From: Auanema rhodensis
Lineage: Eukaryota > Animalia > Nematoda
Direction of reading: 5' to 3'
Assembly (NCBI GenBank): GCA_964057225.1
Contig: OZ059900.1
Location: 5,270,001-5,334,000 of the forward strand
DNA length: 64,000 nucleotides
Below the pieces are notes generated by a model. That model saw only the letters and a program-made list of their open reading frames with translations. It was not told the origin of the DNA and ran no database searches. Both the position numbers and the translations under genes were made by a program. Shown here one piece after another: positions 54,731 to 64,000 of the stretch; the first letter of the stretch is position 1, and the number at the start of each line of letters is the position of its first letter.

Positions 54731-57700
54731 TAACTATACCACCTAAGTATCTAAAGAAAGTGATCTTGATTTGTAACTTGGTGCCCGTTAAAGATAGAAG
54801 AATACTGTACATTTTAATAAATTCTCCATGGCCATATTAGACTAAAAACACTATCTTATTGTGTTTGATGCATGGTAGCCAGGACTTCCAATTTTATGTG
54901 AACAGTTAACTATACCACCTAAGTATCCGAAGAAAGTGATCTTGATTTGTAACTTGGTGCCCGTTAAAGATAGAAGAATACTGTACATTTTAATAAATTC
55001 TCCATGGCCATATTAGACTAAAAACACTATCTTATTGTGTTTGATGCATGGTAGCCAGGACTTCCAATTTTATGTGAACAGTTAACTATACCACCTAAGT
55101 ATCCGAAGAAAGTGATCTTGATTTGTAACTTGGTGCCCGTTAAAGATAGAAGAATACTGTACATTTTAATAAATTCTCCATGGCCATATTAGACTAAAAA
55201 CACTATCTTATTGTGTTTGATGCATGGTAGCCAGGACTTCCAATTTTATGTGAAGAGTTAACTATACCACCTAAGTATCCGAAGAAAGTGATCTTGATTT
55301 GTAACTCGGTGCCCGTTAAAGATAGAAAAATACTGTACATTTTAATGAATTCTCCATGGTCATATTAGTCTAAAAACACTATCTTATTGTGTTTGATGCA
55401 TGGTAGCCAGGACTTCCAATTTTATGTGAACAGTTAACTATACCACCTAAGTATCTAAAGAAAGTGATCTTGATTTGTAACTTGGTGCCCGTTAAAGATA
55501 GAAGAATACTGTACATTTTAATGAATTTTCCATGGCCATATTAGTCTAAAAACACTATCTTATTGTGTTTGATGCATGGTAGCCAGGACTTCCAATTTTA
55601 TGTGAACAGTTAACTATACCACCTAAGTATCTAAAGAAAGTGATCTTGATTTGTAACTTGGTGCCCGTTAAAGATAGAAGAATACTGTACATTTTAATGA
55701 ATTTTCCATGGCCATATTAGTCTAAAAACACTATCTTATTGTGTTTGATGCATGGTAGCCAGGACTTCCAATTTTATGTGAAGAGTTAACTATACCACCT
55801 AAGTATCCGAAGAAAGTGATCTTGATTTGTAACTTGGTGCCCGTTAAAGATAGAAGAATACTGTACATTTTAATGAATTCTCCATGGTCATATTAGACTA
55901 AAAACACTATCTTATTGTGTTTGATGCATGGTAGCCAGGACTTCCAATTTTATGTGAACAGTTAACTATACCACCTAAGTATCTAAAGAAAGTGATCTTG
56001 ATTTGTAACTTGGTGCCCGTTAAAGATAGAAGAATACTGTACATTTTAATGAATTTTCCATGGCCATATTAGTCTAAAAACACTATCTTATTGTGTTTGA
56101 TGCATGGTAGCCAGGACTTCCAATTTTATGTGAACAGTTAACTATACCACCTAAGTATCCGAAGAAAGTGATCTTGATTTGTAACTCGGTGCCCGTTAAA
56201 GATAGAAGAATACTGTACATTTTAATAAATTCTCCATGGCCATATTAGACTAAAAACACTATCTTATTGTGTTTGATGCATGGTAGCCAGGACTTCCAAT
56301 TTTATGTGAACAGTTAACTATACCACCTAAGTATCCGAAGAAAGTGATCTTGATTTGTAACTTGGTGCCCGTTAAAGATAGAAGAATACTGTACATTTTA
56401 ATAAATTCTCCATGGCCATATTAGACTAAAAACACTATCTTATTGTGTTTGATGCATGGTAGCCAGGACTTCCAATTTTATGTGAACAGTTAACTATACC
56501 ACCTAAGTATCCGAAGAAAGTGATCTTGATTTGTAACTTGGTGCCCGTTAAAGATAGAAGAATACTGTACATTTTAATGAATTTTCCATGGCCATATTAG
56601 TCTAAAAACACTATCTTATTGTGTTTGATGCATGGTAGCCAGGACTTCCAATTTTATGTGAACAGTTAACTATACCACCTAAGTATCTAAAGAAAGTGAT
56701 CTTGATTTGTAACTTGGTGCCCGTTAAAGATAGAAGAATACTGTACATTTTAATAAATTCTCCATGGCCATATTAGACTAAAAACACTATCTTATTGTGT
56801 TTGATGCATGGTAGCCAGGACTTCCAATTTTATGTGAACAGTTAACTATACCACCTAAGTATCCGAAGAAAGTGATCTTGATTTGTAACTTGGTGCCCGT
56901 TAAAGATAGAAGAATACTGTACATTTTAATAAATTCTCCATGGCCATATTAGACTAAAAACACTATCTTATTGTGTTTGATGCATGGTAGCCAGGACTTC
57001 CAATTTTATGTGAACAGTTAACTATACCACCTAAGTATCCGAAGAAAGTGATCTTGATTTGTAACTTGGTGCCCGTTAAAGATAGAAGAATATTGTACAT
57101 TTTAATGAATTTTCCATGGCCATATTAGTCTAAAAACACTATCTTATTGTGTTTGATGCATGGTAGCCAGGACTTCCAATTTTATGTGAAGAGTTAACTA
57201 TACCACCTAAGTATCCGAAGAAAGTGATCTTGATTTGTAACTTGGTGCCCGTTAAAGATAGAAGAATACTGTACATTTTAATGAATTCTCCATGGTCATA
57301 TTAGACTAAAAACACTATCTTATTGTGTTTGATGCATGGTAGCCAGGACTTCCAATTTTATGTGAACAGTTAACTATACCACCTAAGTATCTAAAGAAAG
57401 TGATCTTGATTTGTAACTTGGTGCCCGTTAAAGATAGAAGAATACTGTACATTTTAATGAATTTTCCATGGCCATATTAGTCTAAAAACACTATCTTATT
57501 GTGTTTGATGCATGGTAGCCAGGACTTCCAATTTTATGTGAACAGTTAACTATACCACCTAAGTATCTAAAGAAAGTGATCTTGATTTGTAACTTGGTGC
57601 CCGTTAAAGATAGAAGAATACTGTACATTTTAATAAATTCTCCATGGCCATATTAGACTAAAAACACTATCTTATTGTGTTTGATGCATGGTAGCCAGGA

Positions 57701-60700
57701 CTTCCAATTTTATGTGAAGAGTTAACTATACCACCTAAGTATCCGAAGAAAGTGATCTTGATTTGTAACTCGGTGCCCGTTAAAGATAGAAGAATACTGT
57801 ACATTTTAATAAATTCTCCATGGCCATATTAGACTAAAAACACTATCTTATTGTGTTTGATGCATGGTAGCCAGGACTTCCAATTTTATGTGAACAGTTA
57901 ACTATACCACCTAAGTATCTAAAGAAAGTGATCTTGATTTGTAACTCGGTGCCCGTTAAAGATAGAAGAATACTGTACATTTTAATGAATTCTCCATGGT
58001 CATATTAGTCTAAAAACACTATCTTATTGTGTTTGATGCATGGTAGCCAGGACTTCCAATTTTATGTGAACAGTTAACTATACCACCTAAGTATCTAAAG
58101 AAAGTGATCTTGATTTGTAACTCGGTGCCCGTTAAAGATAGAAAAATACTGTACATTTTAATGAATTCTCCATGGTCATATTAGTCTAAAAACACTATCT
58201 TATTGTGTTTGATGCATGGTAGCCAGGACTTCCAATTTTATGTGAAGAGTTAACTATACCACCTAAGTATCCGAAGAAAGTGATCTTGATTTGTAACTCG
58301 GTGCCCGTTAAAGATAGAAGAATACTGTACATTTTAATGAATTCTCCATGGTCATATTAGTCTAAAAACACTAACTTAATGGGTTTGATGCATGGTAACC
58401 AAGACTTCCAATTTTATGTGAACAGTTAACTATACCACCTAAGTATCCGAAGAAAGTGATCTTGATTTGTAACTCGGTGCCCGTTAAAGATAGAAGAATA
58501 TTGTACATTTTAATGAATTTTCCATGGCCATATTAGTCTAAAAACACTATCTTATTGTGTTTGATGCATGGTAGCCAGGACTTCCAATTTTATGTGAACA
58601 GTTAACTATACCACCTAAGTATCTAAAGAAAGTGATCTTGATTTGTAACTTGGTGCCCGTTAAAGATAGAAGAATACTGTACATTTTAATAAATTCTCCA
58701 TGGTCATATTAGTCTAAAAACACTATCTTATTGTGTTTGATGCATGGTAGCCAGGACTTCCAATTTTATGTGAAGAGTTAACTATACCACCTAAGTATCC
58801 GAAGAAAGTGATCTTGATTTGTAACTCGGTGCCCGTTAAAGATAGAAGAATACTGTACATTTTAATGAATTCTCCATGGTCATATTAGTCTAAAAACACT
58901 AACTTAATGGGTTTGATGCATGGTAACCAAGACTTCCAATTTTATGTGAACAGTTAACTATACCACCTAAGTATCCGAAGAAAGTGATCTTGATTTGTAA
59001 CTCGGTGCCCGTTAAAGATAGAAGAATATTGTACATTTTAATGAATTTTCCATGGCCATATTAGTCTAAAAACACTATCTTATTGTGTTTGATGCATGGT
59101 AGCCAGGACTTCCAATTTTATGTGAACAGTTAACTATACCACCTAAGTATCTAAAGAAAGTGATCTTGATTTGTAACTTGGTGCCCGTTAAAGATAGAAG
59201 AATACTGTACATTTTAATGAATTCTCCATGGTCATATTAGTCTAAAAACACTAACTTAATGGGTTTGATGCATGGTAACCAAGACTTCCAATTTTATGTG
59301 AACAGTTAACTATACCACCTAAGTATCCGAAGAAAGTGATCTTGATTTGTAACTCGGTGCCCGTTAAAGATAGAAGAATACTGTACATTTTAATGAATTC
59401 TCCATGGTCATATTAGTCTAAAAACACTAACTTAATGGGTTTGATGCATGGTAGCCAGGACTTCCAATTTTATGTGAACAGTTAACTATACCACCTAAGT
59501 ATCTAAAGAAAGTGATCTTGATTTGTAACTTGGTGCCCGTTAAAGATAGAAGAATACTGTACATTTTAATAAATTCTCCATGGTCATATTAGTCTAAAAA
59601 CACTATCTTATTGTGTTTGATGCATGGTAGCCAGGACTTCCAATTTTATGTGAACAGTTAACTATACCACCTAAGTATCTAAAGAAAGTGATCTTGATTT
59701 GTAACTCGGTGCCCGTTAAAGATAGAAAAATACTGTACATTTTAATGAATTCTCCATGATCATATTAGTCTAAAAACACTATCTTATTGTGTTTGATGCA
59801 TGGTAGCCAGGACTTCCAATTTTATGTGAACAGTTAACTATACCACCTAAGTATCTAAAGAAAGTGATCTTGATTTGTAACTCGGTGCCCGTTAAAGATA
59901 GAAAAATACTGTACATTTTAATGAATTCTCCATGGTCATATTAGTCTAAAAACACTATCTTATTGTGTTTGATGCATGGTAGCCAGGACTTCCAATTTTA
60001 TGTGAACAGTTAACTATACCACCTAAGTATCTAAAGAAAGTGATCTTGATTTGTAACTCGGTGCCCGTTAAAGATAGAAAAATACTGTACATTTTAATGA
60101 ATTCTCCATGGTCATATTAGTCTAAAAACACTATCTTATTGTGTTTGATGCATGGTAGCCAGGACTTCCAATTTTATGTGAACAGTTAACTATACCACCT
60201 AAGTATCTAAAGAAAGTGATCTTGATTTGTAACTCGGTGCCCGTTAAAGATAGAAGAATACTGTACATTTTAATGAATTCTCCATGGTCATATTAGTCTA
60301 AAAACACTATCTTATTGTGTTTGATGCATGGTAGCCAGGACTTCCAATTTTATGTGAACAGTTAACTATACCACCTAAGTATCTAAAGAAAGTGATCTTG
60401 ATTTGTAACTCGGTGCCCGTTAAAGATAGAAGAATACTGTACATTTTAATGAATTTTCCATGGCCATATTAGTCTAAAAACACTAACTTAATGGGTTTGA
60501 TGCATGGTAACCAAGACTTCCAATTTTATGTGAACAGTTAACTATACCACCTAAGTATCTAAAGAAAGGGATCTTGATTTGTAACTCGGTGCCCGTTAAA
60601 GATAGAAGAATACTGTACATTTTAATAAATTCTCCATGGTCATATTAGTCTAAAAACACTAACTTAATGGGTTTGATGCATGGTAACCAAGACTTCCAAT

Positions 60701-63700
60701 TTTATCTGAACAGTTAACTATACCACCTAAGTATCCGAAGAAAGTGATCTTGATTTGTAACTCGGTGCCCGTTAAAGATAGAAGAATACTGTACATTTTA
60801 ATGAATTTTCCATGGCCATATTAGTCTAAAAACACTATCTTATTGTGTTTGATGCATGGTAGCCAGGACTTCCAATTTTATGTGAACAGTTAACTATACC
60901 ACCTAAGTATCTAAAGAAAGTGATCTTGATTTGTAACTCGGTGCCCGTTAAAGATAGAAGAATACTGTACATTTTAATGAATTCTCCATGGTCATATTAG
61001 TCTAAAAACACTAACTTAATGGGTTTGATGCATGGTAACCAAGACTTCCAATTTTATGTGAACAGTTAACTATACCACCTAAGTATCCGAAGAAAGTGAT
61101 CTTGATTTGTAACTCGGTGCCCGTTAAAGATAGAAAAATACTGTACATTTTAATGAATTCTCCATGGTCATATTAGTCTAAAAACACTATCTTATTGTGT
61201 TTGATGCATGGTAGCCAGGACTTCCAATTTTATGTGAACAGTTAACTATACCACCTAAGTATCCGAAGAAAGTGATCTTGATTTGTAACTTGGTGCCCGT
61301 TAAAGATAGAAGAATACTGTACATTTTAATGAATTCTCCATGGTCATATTAGTCTAAAAACACTAACTTAATGGGTTTGATGCATGGTAACCAAGACTTC
61401 CAATTTTATGTGAACAGTTAACTATACCACCTAAGTATCTAAAGAAAGTGATCTTGATTTGTAACTCGGTGCCCGTTAAAGATAGAAGAATACTGTACAT
61501 TTTAATGAATTCTCCATGGTCATATTAGTCTAAAAACACTATCTTATTGTGTTTGATGCATGGTAGCCAGGACTTCCAATTTTATGTGAAGAGTTAACTA
61601 TACCACCTAAGTATCCGAAGAAAGTGATCTTGATTTGTAACTCGGTGCCCGTTAAAGATAGAAGAATACTGTACATTTTAATGAATTCTCCATGGTCATA
61701 TTAGTCTAAAAACACTAACTTAATGGGTTTGATGCATGGTAACCAAGACTTCCAATTTTATGTGAACAGTTAACTATACCACCTAAGTATCCGAAGAAAG
61801 TGATCTTGATTTGTAACTCGGTGCCCGTTAAAGATAGAAGAATATTGTACATTTTAATGAATTTTCCATGGCCATATTAGTCTAAAAACACTATCTTATT
61901 GTGTTTGATGCATGGTAGCCAGGACTTCCAATTTTATGTGAACAGTTAACTATACCACCTAAGTATCTAAAGAAAGTGATCTTGATTTGTAACTTGGTGA
62001 CCGTTAAAGATAGAAGAATACTGTACATTTTAATGAATTCTCCATGGTCATATTAGTCTAAAAACACTATCTTATTGTGTTTGATGCATGGTAGCCAGGA
62101 CTTCCAATTTTATGTGAACAGTTAACTATACCACCTAAGTATCTAAAGAAAGTGATCTTGATTTGTAACTTGGTGACCGTTAAAGATAGAAGAATACTGT
62201 ACATTTTAATGAATTTTCCATGGTCATATTAGTCTAAAAACACTATCTTATTGTGTTTGATGCATGGTAGCCAGGACTTCCAATTTTATGTGAACAGTTA
62301 ACTATACCACCTAAGTATCTAAAGAAAGTGATCTTGATTTGTAACTTGGTGACCGTTAAAGATAGAAGAATACTGTACATTTTAATGAATTCTCCATGGT
62401 CATATTAGTCTAAAAACACTAACTTAATGGGTTTGATGCATGGTAACCAAGACTTCCAATTTTATGTGCACAGTTAACTATACCACCTAAGTATCCGAAG
62501 AAAGTGATCTTGATTTGTAACTCGGTGCCCGTTAAAGATAGAAAAATACTGTACATTTTAATGAATTCTCCATGGTCATATTAGTCTAAAAACACTATCT
62601 TATTGTGTTTGATGCATGGTAGCCAGGACTTCCAATTTTATGTGAACAGTTAACTATACCACCTAAGTATCTAAAGAAAGTGATCTTGATTTGTAACTTG
62701 GTGACCGTTAAAGATAGAAGAATATTGTACATTTTAATGAATTTTCCATGGCCATATTAGTCTAAAAACACTATCTTATTGTGTTTGATGCATGGTAGCC
62801 AGGACTTCCAATTTTATGTGAACAGTTAACTATACCACCTAAGTATCTAAAGAAAGTGATCTTGATTTGTAACTCGGTGCCCGTTAAAGATAGAAAAATA
62901 CTGTACATTTTAATGAATTCTCCATGGTCATATTAGTCTAAAAACACTATCTTATTGTGTTTGATGCATGGTAGCCAGGACTTCCAATTTTATGTGAACA
63001 GTTAACTATACCACCTAAGTATCTAAAGAAAGTGATCTTGATTTGTAACTCGGTGCCCGTTAAAGATAGAAAAATACTGTACATTTTAATGAATTCTCCA
63101 TGGTCATATTAGTCTAAAAACACTATCTTATTGTGTTTGATGCATGGTAGCCAGGACTTCCAATTTTATGTGAACAGTTAACTATACCACCTAAGTATCC
63201 GAAGAAAGTGATCTTGATTTGTAACTTGGTGCCCGTTAAAGATAGAAGAATACTGTACATTTTAATGAATTCTCCATAATCATATTAGTCTAAAAACACT
63301 ATCTTATTGTGTTTGATGCATGGTAGCCAGGACTTCCAATTTTATGTGAACAGTTAACTATACCACCTAAGTATCTAAAGAAAGTGATCTTGATTTGTAA
63401 CTTGGTGCCCGTTAAAGATAGAAAAATACTGTACATTTTAATGAATTCTCCATGGTCATATTAGTCTAAAAACACTATCTTATTGTGTTTGATGCATGGT
63501 AGCCAGGACTTCCAATTTTATGTGAACAGTTAACTATACCACCTAAGTATCCGAAGAAAGTGATCTTGATTTGTAACTTGGTGCCCGTTAAAGATAGAAG
63601 AATACTGTACATTTTAATGAATTCTCCATGGTCATATTAGTCTAAAAACACTATCTTATTGTGTTTGATGCATGGTAGCCAGGACTTCCAATTTTATGTG

Positions 63701-64000
63701 AACAGTTAACTATACCACCTAAGTATCTAAAGAAAGTGATCTTGATTTGTAACTTGGTGCCCGTTAAAGATAGAAAAATACTGTACATTTTAATGAATTC
63801 TCCATGGTCATATTAGTCTAAAAACACTATCTTATTGTGTTTGATGCATGGTAGCCAGGACTTCCAATTTTATGTGAACAGTTAACTATACCACCTAAGT
63901 ATCCGAAGAAAGTGATCTTGATTTGTAACTTGGTGCCCGTTAAAGATAGAAAAATACTGTACATTTTAATGAATTCTCCATAATCATATTAGTCTAAAAA

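Larger units (their letters stand above)
45860..61133. repeat. ~12-monomer block (~45860-47935) duplicated 75 monomers away (~59058-61133)
   Basis: ATGATCAT (46561/59759), AAAGGGATC (47371/60569) and TTATCTG (47508/60706) are all offset by 13198 = 75x176-2. Confidence 0.9.
1..64000. repeat. 176-bp tandem satellite array (~363.7 monomers), probably a Brassicaceae-type centromeric satellite (CEN178-related)
   Basis: TAACTATACCACCTAAGTAT recurs at 1, 177, 353 and so on. Phase is exact every 2640 bp (15 units) up to 29041. The later shifts (unit starts at 42061, 49979, 63883) are fully explained by six 1-bp deletions. Units differ by only a few substitutions. The repeat call is certain; the centromeric and taxonomic assignment is inference (~0.65). 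Confidence 0.99.

Noticed and set aside
1-64000. CRISPR array or repeat-spacer system
   Set aside because: There are no unique spacers: the entire 176 bp repeats. No cas or other genes are present.
1-64000. Repeat-protein coding sequence
   Set aside because: 176 is not a multiple of 3, so any frame cycles through all three phases. Stop codons are frequent on both strands, and the variants show no codon-position bias that I can see.
1-64000. 5S rDNA, tRNA or snRNA tandem gene array
   Set aside because: No recognisable 5S rRNA sequence, tRNA cloverleaf with a GTTCRA T-loop, or snRNA motif. The unit is AT-rich and uniformly conserved rather than gene plus spacer.
1-64000. Centromeric retrotransposon insertion, telomeric repeats or strand inversion
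   Set aside because: Monomer phase is accounted for across the whole window with only six 1-bp deletions, leaving no room for foreign sequence. All units are in the same orientation.
1-64000. A single regular higher-order repeat, or an encoded message in the variant order
   Set aside because: Periods vary from 2 to 75 monomers and most blocks occur only 2-4 times. Ordinary duplication and recombination explain the pattern.

Overview
The whole 64-kb window is one uninterrupted, head-to-tail, single-orientation tandem array of a 176-bp AT-rich (~35% GC) satellite monomer: 363 complete units plus a 118-bp partial unit. By eye it has only six 1-bp deletions and no insertions, inversions, transposons, genes or unique sequence. 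Monomer length, homogeneity and short motifs resembling Arabidopsis CEN178 (recalled from memory, not searched) suggest a plant, probably Brassicaceae, centromeric satellite. I find no gene-encoded novel system. The information lies in the variant pattern. It shows nested block duplications or higher-order repeats (periods of 2, 3, 5, 11, 12, 13, 19, 24, 29, 50/53 and 75 monomers), a left-to-right turnover of monomer haplotypes, linked and recombinant variant sets, and a CG/CHG-deamination-like mutation signature. Monomer positions below are numbered from TAACTATACC (unit 1 starts at base 1).
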